Source: a virus
Taxonomy: Duplodnaviria; Heunggongvirae; Uroviricota; Caudoviricetes
Reading direction: 5' to 3' (one strand)
DNA length: 64,000 nucleotides
Virus record (IMG/VR): IMGVR_UViG_3300017792_000001
Span: 104,697 to 168,696 of that record
Made by a program: the position numbers and the translations under genes. Shown here piece after piece: positions 11,001 to 19,318 of this stretch (position 1 is the stretch's first letter; every line of letters starts with the position of its first letter). A model generated the notes under the pieces. It did not search any database. It saw only the letters and a list, made by a program, of their open reading frames with translations, and was not told the origin of the DNA.

Positions 11001-11301
11001 GGGCGTAGTCGTTTGCACCAGAACGTTCTGCGTACAGCACCAACTGGCTGAGCGAGTTACCCAAGCGAGACAGGTTGTGCCGGATGAAGTCACTTGGCAA
11101 GTCGAACCCGTACTGCTTGAGCGTTTGCAGCACCACGTACGGATCAGTGTCGCTGTCGATCAGACGGATGTTTTCGAGCTGGGCAATCGGGTAACGAATG
11201 CGGTCGTTCAAGACTTCCGCGTATACTTCCGTGAAGTCCGAGAACCAAGGCTGCGCAAAGAAAATCTCTGCGTCTAGGCCTTCAAAGGTTAATTTTTCCA
11301 T
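8047..11301 (-). CDS. Baseplate wedge-like protein with about 8 Ig-like repeats and a shared C-terminal domain
   Basis: Follows the gp6/J-like gene; repeats start with an I/L-x-GP motif; C-terminal GGWDGASW...YRTDF domain. Confidence 0.75.
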   Translation of the reverse strand: MEKLTFEGLDAEIFFAQPWFSDFTEVYAEVLNDRIRYPIAQLENIRLIDSDTDPYVVLQTLKQYGFDLPSDFIRHNLSRLGNSLSQLVLYAERSGANDYAHTLSYIFGRSVDSTGLYTNDYVNFYPQAYGTLQVDGGDWYKTTHIELGMQMLASDYSLLLPRGKTIKDRFLDAFYEFAPWNIVVERFYFNIDVGAELFISGRIIKQPTHYHDVGIGPMTVTALSIIGPTEVYESSTHSFDLQATLANEDGTYTQNVPVRGEWTSNKTGLVNFKEDVATFSGVSLDTSVILYAEYEGRSASHNLKVLNDTSYIRIIEILGPDELRSNETGTYTVQATTTRGTEIIDIPIISTSILGQMTGNNLTIHQIDGDGAVELCASLKLPNGLTLQAVKRVTAIYVDPDVHLTDLEISGPNEFYENEVKEYTAIAHYSDGTTRGVIGVWNSGCGSVHITPDGTLTSGMTEAPMSLTLSVQHQHKQVMLVAEKQVQFKRRVLSIVHTEILGPNTVTELTENRFVVSARFSDGSSGYVNADWTTDRYSISEDGILNVGSVGITPVNLTIRARVNGRDAIKQILAINTPVTLDNVLVLGPDNLREGSVGKYTAYAHYSNGRDVEITPTWAITGNPEWCTIDEEGLLRFAEPKQGIVEIQAIYKLSGKTFIQTKTLVLVPKTRIIQGLLISGPNTVNEEERIVLTGTAVYSDGKIETVSPLWSVTSADPLNDPEAMADIVSPGVLQGRGVEVPTKVIAIARYFKEIAEFELTVLPRVRPSPDVPKTHRIVGPSSFYAANQRGSYSQMILFNDCPAELAVSSTWSIDVGPEVAVIDQGGFLWSTNGKSAVVIVTAVYECGTHTVTDTLLVNIIGVDGDELKSLHIIGPDTMIENKTQLYQAELFRTGESETPGTGHLVQPKEWSIVAPDGRVTVNGAGEVLVVDAGTSFTFILKAVYTEGFETLTATKEISVVQNAVPIYGVGPIGIRNDPEVAQYLTGKLPSLASNQRFTLTAPSGKYMYFCHPASLGIAQFTDTASDIVGGWDGASWPDDGDVGEVYGPIKITRIDSRGTASDWYLYRTDFDGIGTFTYEVAFGF
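8191..8211. repeat. 21-nt exact repeat AGGCCAGCTTGCACCATCCCA; second copy at 19440-19460
   Basis: Direct comparison of the two positions; encodes WDGASWP in both genes. Confidence 0.9.
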
Positions 11302-12764
11302 CAGTAGGCTCCGGAGATACCTGTTTTACGCTCGGAGTAAACGACGTTGATCAACGGGCTGCCCTCAAGCACCACGTACTGCGTCTTGTCAGCAGGAATG
11401 ATTTCCTCATTCGGAGACTTGACTTCAACGTAGTCAACACCAGCGACCTTGCAGGCAGTTTCGATGTCAGAGCGCGAGAGACGACGACCTAGCACACCGG
11501 GCTTGCGTTGGAACAACTTGAGAATCCGTTCCGTGACAACGATCCGCATTTCTTCGGGATCGACATCTGGATTCACGGCGAGCAGCACAGACACACCAAC
11601 GAACAGCTTGCTTGGGTTCCAGGTTTGAATCTGGGCCAGCGCTTGAATCTCGTTGAGAATCCATTTGGTGAATGCTTCCCAGGCTGCACTGCGTGGGTTC
11701 GGGTTTGCACCGCCCCAGTCATCAGTGTTCTCAGGCAGGATGCAGACACGCATCACGTTCTGCCAGCGCGGATCATTCGGCGCGATGTCGCGTTGAGCAA
11801 ACACAGCACAGTCCGCAACACCGGGGTAGTTCATGATGTGAGCACGAACTTCGGTAGGGCTGATCGCCTTGCGGTTCGAACGGAACATCGTTGGAGCAAA
11901 CAGCTTGTAGTACAGCGCAGACTTCTGGTCAGCACCGCCAGCAGCGTTTGTCTCGGTGAACCCGTTGATTTCCGGCTGTGACGCCATGCGCACACGCTGA
12001 CCAGCAATACCGATTGCAGTGCTACCCTTGGTGATGACGTACCGCACCTTGAGCAACGAGCCGGTAGGGATGCGCGCACCAAACTCACCAGTACCGAACA
12101 AGAATGCAACGTCACCGTTACCGTCTGTGAGTTCGTAGTAGTTCTGGTCGGTTGGGCCGAGTTCAAACAGCGCTTGGTCTGTCGTGTTCCAGACAGTCGC
12201 TTCCCCGCTCACCTTGTCTTCGACCCAGACCAGAATGTCGGTATCGGAAACAACGAACCCAGGCTTGTTCAGCTTGAACGATTGCAGTTCGGCAGGGCTC
12301 AGCGCGTCGATGTCATACTCGGCAACGAAGACCTCACCTTGGTACAGTGGGATGTCCTGAATCAAGGTACCCGGTGCAATGACGATCTGCTCACGGTTGA
12401 AATACTTCTCGCTATCCACCATGAACTCGGTGAACGCAGGAATGAACTTCACGGTGGTCAGGTTGTTCTGCAGCCAAGCAGTAGTGCCGGCGCACGACTT
12501 GCGAGCGATCTTGATACCGAGCGATCTGGTACCTTGGAAAATCGACGAATCCCGCACGGCAGTCGATAAGAATGCTTCGCGCAGGCTGACGTTGATATAA
12601 TGCTGGTTAACGGTGGTAGCGCCCGAGGTAAGCGACAGAATGGTTGCGCCAGTGTTCGTTGGCAGCAAATCCTTCCATGTGCCTTTCTCTGCGAGCTTAC
12701 GTGCCAACTCGTTGTAGATATCGGACTCGTCTACAACGACCTTACTGATAGCGAGTTTGGACAT
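11301..12764 (-). CDS. Baseplate wedge protein (T4 gp6 / baseplate J-like)
   Basis: REAFLSTA.RDSSI, FLFGTGEFG.IP, GGADQKS and ILN-type segments typical of gp6/J proteins; synteny with gp25 and PAAR. Confidence 0.85.
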   Translation of the reverse strand: MSKLAISKVVVDESDIYNELARKLAEKGTWKDLLPTNTGATILSLTSGATTVNQHYINVSLREAFLSTAVRDSSIFQGTRSLGIKIARKSCAGTTAWLQNNLTTVKFIPAFTEFMVDSEKYFNREQIVIAPGTLIQDIPLYQGEVFVAEYDIDALSPAELQSFKLNKPGFVVSDTDILVWVEDKVSGEATVWNTTDQALFELGPTDQNYYELTDGNGDVAFLFGTGEFGARIPTGSLLKVRYVITKGSTAIGIAGQRVRMASQPEINGFTETNAAGGADQKSALYYKLFAPTMFRSNRKAISPTEVRAHIMNYPGVADCAVFAQRDIAPNDPRWQNVMRVCILPENTDDWGGANPNPRSAAWEAFTKWILNEIQALAQIQTWNPSKLFVGVSVLLAVNPDVDPEEMRIVVTERILKLFQRKPGVLGRRLSRSDIETACKVAGVDYVEVKSPNEEIIPADKTQYVVLEGSPLINVVYSERKTGISGAY

Positions 12765-12772
12765 GACGAATC

Positions 12773-13171
12773 CTAGGCTGCTTGCTTGTTGAGGCCGAAT
12801 TGGAAGATGACAGGCTTGCCATCAAGGTTCGGTGCAGTGTAGATGATTTCCACGGCGTAGATTTGTACGCTGTAGTTCGGAACAACCTTGACCGATTCGA
12901 TTGTCACCCGCAGTTCGTCGTTGCGACTCAGCAGGGTTTTGATTTCCCGCTGAATACGGTTCGAGGTCATTTCATCCATGGGTTCAAACAGGTACGCTGG
13001 GATGTTTGACCCGTAGCGCACTCTGAACCACTTCGAACGAATCGGCGTGGTGATGATCAGAAAGAGGTTTTGGTTGATCGAGTCGGTGTCGTACACCAGC
13101 TCTTTGTTTGAGAACGTTCCGACATACAGGTTAATGTCGGAGTATAGCGGTGAATCGCGCATATCCGCCAT
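12773..13171 (-). CDS. gp25-like baseplate wedge/sheath initiator
   Basis: SINQNL..II.TP..S..FR..YGS.I..LFEP pattern of the GPW/gp25 family. Confidence 0.9.
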   Translation of the reverse strand: MADMRDSPLYSDINLYVGTFSNKELVYDTDSINQNLFLIITTPIRSKWFRVRYGSNIPAYLFEPMDEMTSNRIQREIKTLLSRNDELRVTIESVKVVPNYSVQIYAVEIIYTAPNLDGKPVIFQFGLNKQAA

Positions 13172-13174
13172 TGG

Positions 13175-13495
13175 TTAGCTATCCGAGAAAGTTGAGATTG
13201 AACCGTTACTGGCGGTATCGCCGCAGGACAGCTTGTCCGTTGAACGGTGTGTTGGCAGCTGTTCGGTGTACGTGATCCTCGCACCAACAACCACTGACGG
13301 AGTGTGACATCCTTTGCAGCAGTGCGGCACGTACTTGTCCGAGACTCGCACCTCGGCAATCTGATCAGTGAATACGGTGATGGCTGCTGTCGCGGGAACG
13401 GTGGGTGAAAAGCAACCATGACCCCGAGAAGCATCCACTCCCAATCTGATGTTGTTGCGACCTTTCAAGGCCAGCACAATTTCGAGATTGCTCAT
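13175..13495 (-). CDS. PAAR-like spike tip protein (T4 gp5.4-like)
   Basis: GHGCFSP, VRVSDKYVPHC, CH and HRSTDKLSCGD metal-binding pattern. Confidence 0.9.
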   Translation of the reverse strand: MSNLEIVLALKGRNNIRLGVDASRGHGCFSPTVPATAAITVFTDQIAEVRVSDKYVPHCCKGCHTPSVVVGARITYTEQLPTHRSTDKLSCGDTASNGSISTFSDS

Positions 13496-13522
13496 GGCAT
13501 TATCCTCAATTCTTAATGGCGA

Positions 13523-13529
13523 TAAATTA
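13523..13529 (-). promoter_or_regulatory. TAATTTA candidate late promoter upstream of the PAAR/baseplate/fibre operon
   Basis: Intergenic, 27 nt before ATG 13495; the motif recurs upstream of other structural genes. Confidence 0.55.
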
Positions 13530-13589
13530 TCGACTGGCCGTTTCCGAACTGTAAACAGTCATTAGGATATACGTGAAAAGGGCACCAAA

Positions 13590-13952
13590 ATGAACGAAGA
13601 AATCGAAGACGAAGTGGAGGTAATGAAGCCTTGGTTTGACATCAAGCTCCGCAAGCCTGCTATTCATGGGTGGTATGCAGTTCAAGACCACACTGTTAGT
13701 GGTGAGTCCTACATGGATGCGTTCTATGAGGCAGGTGCGTGGTGGGTGTTCGGGCGGTTGGCCAATGTGATGAACGTGCGCCGTGAAGTTACTGGTGTGC
13801 TGCGCTGGCGCTTCCAATCGAAAGAAGGTAAGGCTTCGATCCTGAAAGAAGCACCGAAGACATTCGTTCCATATGGAAAATGCACATGGCAGAGCAAAGG
13901 TGTGGTACCATTCGGGGATGCTATATACGATTCCTGTTCTGGGCGGGTTTAG
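13590..13952 (+). CDS. Hypothetical protein, first gene of the plus-strand island
   Basis: ATG after an AAGGG SD-like element; 120-aa ORF. Confidence 0.6.
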   Translation: MNEEIEDEVEVMKPWFDIKLRKPAIHGWYAVQDHTVSGESYMDAFYEAGAWWVFGRLANVMNVRREVTGVLRWRFQSKEGKASILKEAPKTFVPYGKCTWQSKGVVPFGDAIYDSCSGRV

Positions 13953-14092
13953 CCGGAGAGTACGGCAGCAAGAAGCGTATTGGGTATTGGCGAGAACTGG
14001 GTTACAACCCAATCGACAATACAGACCTCAATGAGTTGCTGGTGATGGCTAGCAAACAAGCAAAGGAGCAGAAGAATGAATCCACTACCTAG
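13880..14092 (+). CDS. Small hypothetical protein overlapping both neighbours
   Basis: Fills the gap before thyA and has a protein-like C-terminus; start is uncertain. Confidence 0.35.
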   Translation: MHMAEQRCGTIRGCYIRFLFWAGLAGEYGSKKRIGYWRELGYNPIDNTDLNELLVMASKQAKEQKNESTT

Positions 14093-15272
14093 CGGTCGCG
14101 TAATGCCGATCGCATTGCGTAACGAAGAAGGTTATCTGACGGCCGCCGAACATCTGCTGTACAACGGCGCGCTCAAGGCAGATCGTACTGGCACTGGCAC
14201 TCGTGGCAAGTTCGGTGAGATTCAGGTTGAGTACGACCTGATCAACGAAGACGGTGATCCAACCGTGTGTCTACCTTCGACCAAAGAAGTCTTCTGGGAT
14301 AAAGCAGTCGTTGAGTTGGTCTGGATGCTCAGTGGTTCGAATCGCCTGAAGTTCTTGATCGACCACGGCGTGACCTTCTGGAACAACTGGGTAATCCCAG
14401 GTACCGAGGTCTGGGAAACGCTTGACTGGCAGCAACGCCGCGACAGCATGACCAAGGTGCAGAAAGCCAAGTGGGCTACTTGGTTCGACGAATTCACTGG
14501 CGGTCAGACCGAAGACGGTTTCCCAGAGTTCACCCAAGAGCAGTTCGATACGATCACTGCGAAGCTCGACGAATGGGGCATCGGTGATACACGTCTGATC
14601 GACGGCGACCTTGGTCCTGTGTACGGCGTTCAGTGGCGTCACTGGCCAGATAATCGTTTGATCGACCCGTCGGTTATCTACGGCAGCGATGCGTGGGAGA
14701 AGTACGGCAGCAAAGGCTTCGTACATCTGGGTACCGCAGACAACGGGCAGTTGATGATTGGTCGTGTCATTGACCAGATCAAGAAGCTGTAGACTGCACT
14801 CGACACCCGCGACCAGAAGGCTGCACGCCGTGTTGTACTGACCGCATGGAACGCAGCGTTCATCGAAGAAATGGCTTTGCCTCCGTGTCACACGCTCGCT
14901 CAGTGGTGTATCGAACCAGACGAAGCTGGCGAAGATCGTCTGCACTGCAAACTCTACCAGCGTTCGGGTGATTGGTTCTTGGGCGTGCCGTACAACGTCG
15001 CGTTCTACTCCATTTTCACTCACCTGCTGTGCGCCATGTGCGATCTGAAAGCTGGGCGTCTGTATCACACAGTTGGTGACGCGCACATCTACACGAACCA
15101 CGTAGACCAGATCAAGCAACAACTGGCAACGCCGATCAACCCAGAAAGCAAGCCTGTGATTCAGTTGAAGCGCGCTGAATTCGGCATGTCTATTCTGGAA
15201 CACAAGGTCGAAGACATCGTGATCAAGGGCTACATTCCTGGTGCGTTCATCCCTGCTCCGGTGGCCGTATGA
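14076..15272 (+). CDS. thyA: Thymidylate synthase interrupted by a single in-frame TAG at 14790-14792
   Basis: DRTGTGT, ELVWMLSG, GDLGPVYGVQWR, IDQI, RRVVLTAWN, LPPCH, YQRSGD...GVPYN and GDAHIY motifs. ORFs 14076-14792 and 14871-15272 share a frame with 26 sense codons between them. Confidence 0.92.
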
Positions 15273-15625
15273 CTCCAGCCGAGGCGTATGCCAAGCTGGT
15301 TGTAATGCACGACGCGGACATCGACAACCAAATGTGCGGTAGAGAAATCTGCCGCTTCATCATCGACACCATTGAAGATGCCATTGATCGCAAGGACTTT
15401 GCATACGTCCAGGAGTTTCTGGGTCTGGTACGTGCGCAAGACATCGGTCCGCGTTACGCAATTGCAATCCTCCGTACCGCATTCAGCGAACGCAATAAAC
15501 TGCAGCCGTTCTGGATAGCGTTGCGCGACAACTGCTGGGACTACATGGTCGCACTAGACAAGCCAGGCCGTATTCGTTTGATGCGCGGTCTGCTGGGAGA
15601 TAAGGATGACGAACACCTCAGATAA
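15269..15625 (+). CDS. Hypothetical protein
   Basis: ATGA overlap with the thyA stop; 118 aa. Confidence 0.7.
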   Translation: MTPAEAYAKLVVMHDADIDNQMCGREICRFIIDTIEDAIDRKDFAYVQEFLGLVRAQDIGPRYAIAILRTAFSERNKLQPFWIALRDNCWDYMVALDKPGRIRLMRGLLGDKDDEHLR

Positions 15626-16325
15626 CCTTCGCAATACCCTGCCGAGCTATCAGCAGACCAAGATCATTCACGGTGCCAAGATCTTGGAGATTGTGGAAGA
15701 ACGTGATGGTTACCTGCTGACACTCGACACCAACGAGTTGCGTGGGATGATCACAAAGCGCGAAGACACAGCACATGACAAGGAATGGGCTGCTAGTTAT
15801 GAGCCTGGCGGTAAGTATTACAACGAGGCGTGCCATAAGATCAAGGTTGATTTCACTTGGCACAGCAAGCATGACCCGCGCGTTGGTGGTTACTTTGTCC
15901 TGTATCCGGACGGGTACCAGTCATACAGCCCAGCAGAACCATTTGAGGCTGGGAACAAGCTGGTACAAGTCCAATGGAATCACAGACCGACGGACGCTCA
16001 AGTCAATCATCTGTTCTTCCAGTTGCGTCACAACCTGAACACGATTCGTTGGGGCCACCAACCAATTGACAAGGTAATGGAACAACTGACATCGGAGCCT
16101 GTACGCTTTGCAGAGAACCAGCAGGTGTGGGTTGCAGGTAAGAGTCTAGTTGCCTTACTCGAAAAGCGAGGCATTGCTACTGGGCGAGTGCCGCGACGTG
16201 GTGGTAACCCGTTGTTCATTGATACAGAAGGGTTGTACGTCCCGCATGACATCCTGATTCGCGCAGAACTAGACGGTCAGATGCTTGTGCGTCACGTTGC
16301 ATCATGGGTAGTTATCGAGGAATAA
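15606..16325 (+). CDS. Hypothetical phage protein
   Basis: Contains the GGYFVLYPDGYQSYSPAEPFE motif that is common in small phage proteins. Confidence 0.7.
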   Translation: MTNTSDNLRNTLPSYQQTKIIHGAKILEIVEERDGYLLTLDTNELRGMITKREDTAHDKEWAASYEPGGKYYNEACHKIKVDFTWHSKHDPRVGGYFVLYPDGYQSYSPAEPFEAGNKLVQVQWNHRPTDAQVNHLFFQLRHNLNTIRWGHQPIDKVMEQLTSEPVRFAENQQVWVAGKSLVALLEKRGIATGRVPRRGGNPLFIDTEGLYVPHDILIRAELDGQMLVRHVASWVVIEE

Positions 16326-16616
16326 ATGCCAGACATCGTTGACATGGCAGCAACCTGTAGGAGCAGTAACATGAGCGGTGAGAAGATTTGTGCGATCAAC
16401 CACGATCGTAAGGAGTTCATGGCAGTTGGGCATTCGTCCTGGGGTGATGTTGATTTGACCGACATCCCTAAAACCATGATCATCATGGCACCGTGTGTAC
16501 AGAAAGCCATCGAACAATTCAACTATCATAGCGAACAGTTCGGCGTACAAGAACTGATGCTGTGGTCGCAAGCAGAGACACTTGGCTACGACCGCAAGAA
16601 AGGCTATTGGGAATAA
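16326..16616 (+). CDS. Hypothetical protein
   Basis: Abuts the upstream TAA; GAGG SD. Confidence 0.65.
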   Translation: MPDIVDMAATCRSSNMSGEKICAINHDRKEFMAVGHSSWGDVDLTDIPKTMIIMAPCVQKAIEQFNYHSEQFGVQELMLWSQAETLGYDRKKGYWE

Positions 16617-16626
16617 GGGAGTCGCA

Positions 16627-17838
16627 ATGAAAACTGAGCCGTATGTAGTGAGTCAGGACAATCCACCGCCACCGGAAACTGGCATGTTGTACTGGGAGCG
16701 TTTCGTTGAACTCCGAGTAGCAGTTGGTAAACGTGCGGTGCATGATGCGATTGAGCAGATTGCCAAGAACATTGCGAACAAGGAACCACTCGGCACCACT
16801 GGTGGTTGGAAGCTGCGTCTTGCAGGTAGTGATAACAGCTACCGGGTAATGGACGGTGAGCGCTACGCAGTTGCAGGTCCAATCGAATACGCCCGCCGGC
16901 AGTCAGCAGATGGTACGCTGATTGCTGTGCCAATGCCCAAGACATTCCGTCAAGCGCAAGCACGGGCTGATCATCTGGGCGATCTGGTACGCTGTGAGCC
17001 AACACTGGATGCGTTGCTCGACGTATGCCAGTCCGGTGATGCGTTGTACGTGCTGATGCCGTCGAAGCTCTGGCCTGACTTCCAGGAAAGCGCACTGGCT
17101 GCAGCCGTGTATGACGCGAACACCAACTTCTCGTCGCTGATCAAAGGCTACATGGGTGAAGTACACGGCACGCCTATGTGGTCTGAGTTGTACGAAGCAC
17201 CGTCTGCGCAAGTGCTCGATGGTGATCTGTGGATCATTCGCCGTGAAGAAAAGCAGAAGTCCAAGTACGTCACCGATGCACTGAACCCACCAGAGCCGAA
17301 TCAGATGGTTGTGTTCTGGGAGCAAAACGAAGAAGACGGCGTGCCTGGGTGGTTGAGCGTTGATGAACATGGTGAAGTGCTGATCTTCGTGGGTTACGGC
17401 GTTGAGCAGTTCTACGATGGCGAGCGTGCCGAGTACCAGATTTACGACGACTACGCCCGCATTGCAATCGCCAAACCACGCAGTGTGGAAGAAGCACATC
17501 GCTATGCAATCGTGCGCGGCAAGAAGATCCAACGTCCGTCGATGTTGAAGTTCTGCCATGCCTGCAATCGGGACGGTACGCATTACGTGATCATCGGTGC
17601 GGATCTGATGTCGAAGATCCTGACGAACAAGAAGATCATGGAAGATCCAGCGTTCCTGATCAGCACCGAATACGAGCGGACTCTCAATGGGTTCTTGGGA
17701 ATTTACCACGGCACAGAAGTCTGGACTGACGCATTCATGCCGTCGGCCGAGCGCTTCTGCAACAACAAACTGATCGTTTGTCGGGAGGGGAACAATGAAG
17801 TACACAGTGAGCAAGGAACAGCCGCCACCGTATCTTGA
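16627..17838 (+). CDS. Hypothetical protein with an internal duplication
   Basis: Start moved to ATG 16627 (AAGGGAG SD); two related halves (GYMGEVHGTPMWSE and GFLGIYHGTEVWTD). Confidence 0.7.
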   Translation: MKTEPYVVSQDNPPPPETGMLYWERFVELRVAVGKRAVHDAIEQIAKNIANKEPLGTTGGWKLRLAGSDNSYRVMDGERYAVAGPIEYARRQSADGTLIAVPMPKTFRQAQARADHLGDLVRCEPTLDALLDVCQSGDALYVLMPSKLWPDFQESALAAAVYDANTNFSSLIKGYMGEVHGTPMWSELYEAPSAQVLDGDLWIIRREEKQKSKYVTDALNPPEPNQMVVFWEQNEEDGVPGWLSVDEHGEVLIFVGYGVEQFYDGERAEYQIYDDYARIAIAKPRSVEEAHRYAIVRGKKIQRPSMLKFCHACNRDGTHYVIIGADLMSKILTNKKIMEDPAFLISTEYERTLNGFLGIYHGTEVWTDAFMPSAERFCNNKLIVCREGNNEVHSEQGTAATVS

Positions 17839-18451
17839 AGGTGTGCAGTATTGGGAACGCAGCGTTGACCCGTCTAATCCCGGGTTGATGGCTGCAGCCT
17901 TGAAAGCTGAGGGTATTCGCGCAGCACCATACGACGGCCCACCACCAGCGCAAGGTTGGATGGCAATCGAGTGGACTGAGAATCCAGTTGGGTTCTATCC
18001 AGACGGTGCTGAGTTTGAAACGGACGAGAAGCCAGAGTATCACTTCACCGAAGTTGGTCCTTCTGGGCATCTGATCGCAGAGCGTGCGCTGAACTGTCTG
18101 CGACATGCGCGTTGGTACCAAAGCCACGGTTACATCCTGGTGCGCACTGGTTACAACTCGCGTACTGTGATCGAGAAGACTGCGCTGATCGACTGCCATG
18201 CAATCATCATGAACGAGGCGGATGTCGAGAAGTTTGCTGCTGAGTTTGCGACCGTGCAGTACAAGCGCCACGAACTCTCGCCGCCACCGAACATCAATAG
18301 CAAACCACTGTTCATCGTGCCGTCTGCCAACAACTCTATCTGGGACGACAACGTGGCGATGAAGCTACGCGAACTCCAGGATGATGAATTCATCGTCGTG
18401 ATGAAGCGTCATGGGCTCAAGCCGAAAGGCACTGTCAGCGAGTTTGAGTGA
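17795..18451 (+). CDS. Hypothetical protein sharing an N-terminal module with the upstream gene
   Basis: GGAGGGG SD; KYTVSKEQPPP..GVQYWER compared with YVVSQDNPPPPETGMLYWER upstream. Confidence 0.7.
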   Translation: MKYTVSKEQPPPYLEGVQYWERSVDPSNPGLMAAALKAEGIRAAPYDGPPPAQGWMAIEWTENPVGFYPDGAEFETDEKPEYHFTEVGPSGHLIAERALNCLRHARWYQSHGYILVRTGYNSRTVIEKTALIDCHAIIMNEADVEKFAAEFATVQYKRHELSPPPNINSKPLFIVPSANNSIWDDNVAMKLRELQDDEFIVVMKRHGLKPKGTVSEFE

Positions 18452-18648
18452 TGGGCTTCCTGAAGTTCTGCGTCGTACAGTTCCTTAAGACAATTCTGAC
18501 GGTGTTCGTCATACTTCTGCTAGTCATTGGTTCGACGTACATAGCTGATTGGATGGGAGGTGTGCTGCTCGCATTAGTGTGCGCATACATCTTCCTGAGT
18601 TGCTGGTGGGAAGATTACCAGAAGCAAGAATTCAAGAAACGGAAGTAA
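18448..18648 (+). CDS. Small membrane protein with two predicted TM helices
   Basis: Two hydrophobic stretches followed by a basic C-terminal tail. Confidence 0.6.
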   Translation: MMGFLKFCVVQFLKTILTVFVILLLVIGSTYIADWMGGVLLALVCAYIFLSCWWEDYQKQEFKKRK

Positions 18649-18690
18649 AAAAAAGGCCACCGTCTCGAAAGAGCAGTGGCCTTTTTTTTT
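18647..18690. terminator. Bidirectional intrinsic terminator
   Basis: A8-GGCCAC...GTGGCC-T9 between convergent genes. Confidence 0.9.
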
Positions 18691-18694
18691 AGGT

Positions 18695-19069
18695 CTACGG
18701 ATGCAGCTTTTCCAGCTTGCGCACGTTGTTCAACCATTCAGGTGTGAGCAACACAAACCCATAACCTTGGGTGTCGATGTAGATACGACCTTCGGAACGG
18801 GCTTCGGCAATCTGATATGCAGTGCAGCTATTCGCGTTAACGATGGCGCCACCGCACTTCATCAGGATCGCAAACAGGTCTTCGACAGAGCGGATGTTTG
18901 ACGGACCCAGAGTAGGCAAAGGTTGACCACCCGCGAGGTTGCTGCACGGGGTTTTCGACGTACACATGATCAGCTTGCCGCACGCACACGGCAGAGGCGG
19001 CGCAGGAATGACAGGCTTACCGTGAGTACAGAGCAACGGGTTGATGCAGTTACAGAGGACTTCGCTCAT
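18695..19069 (-). CDS. Hypothetical protein with a Cys-rich N-terminus
   Basis: CNC...CTH and CAC...CT...C motifs. Confidence 0.6.
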   Translation of the reverse strand: MSEVLCNCINPLLCTHGKPVIPAPPLPCACGKLIMCTSKTPCSNLAGGQPLPTLGPSNIRSVEDLFAILMKCGGAIVNANSCTAYQIAEARSEGRIYIDTQGYGFVLLTPEWLNNVRKLEKLHP

Positions 19070-19078
19070 GGCGCACCT

Positions 19079-19318
19079 TTAATAGGGATCGCCGCGTTCA
19101 CGACGTCCTTTCCAATTCACCTTGGACACATGCACTTCACCGGCGAGTTTATCGACGTTGGCATCTACCATGTCCTGGCTCTCTTTACGCTTGCGCTTGT
19201 CACGCAGACGCGACTTGGTCTTGCCCGGAGTATCGTTGACGTGAGGTTCTTCGATGATCCTGATGCGAGGTCCGTCGTTGTCACGTCGCGGGTCCAGGTA
19301 CATGGAGATTCTAGCCAT
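19079..19318 (-). CDS. Small basic hypothetical protein
   Basis: ATG 19318 overlaps the upstream stop; N-terminus MARISMYLD resembles the MARIRIYLD leader. Confidence 0.55.
   Translation of the reverse strand: MARISMYLDPRRDNDGPRIRIIEEPHVNDTPGKTKSRLRDKRKRKESQDMVDANVDKLAGEVHVSKVNWKGRRERGDPY

Noticed and set aside
13860-13952. Frameshift fusion of 13590-13952 with 13880-14092
   Set aside because: The second ORF is in the -1 frame, but no canonical slippery heptamer lies in the first frame and an SD-like GGA precedes its ATGs.
14400-14770. Intron or intein in thyA
   Set aside because: The insertions are short and in frame, with no intein termini or homing endonuclease.
14790-14792. Genome-wide TAG-to-Gln recoding (genetic code 15)
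   Set aside because: No internal TAG in any other long gene, and TAG acts as a normal stop before an RBS or terminator at 12773 and 39152.
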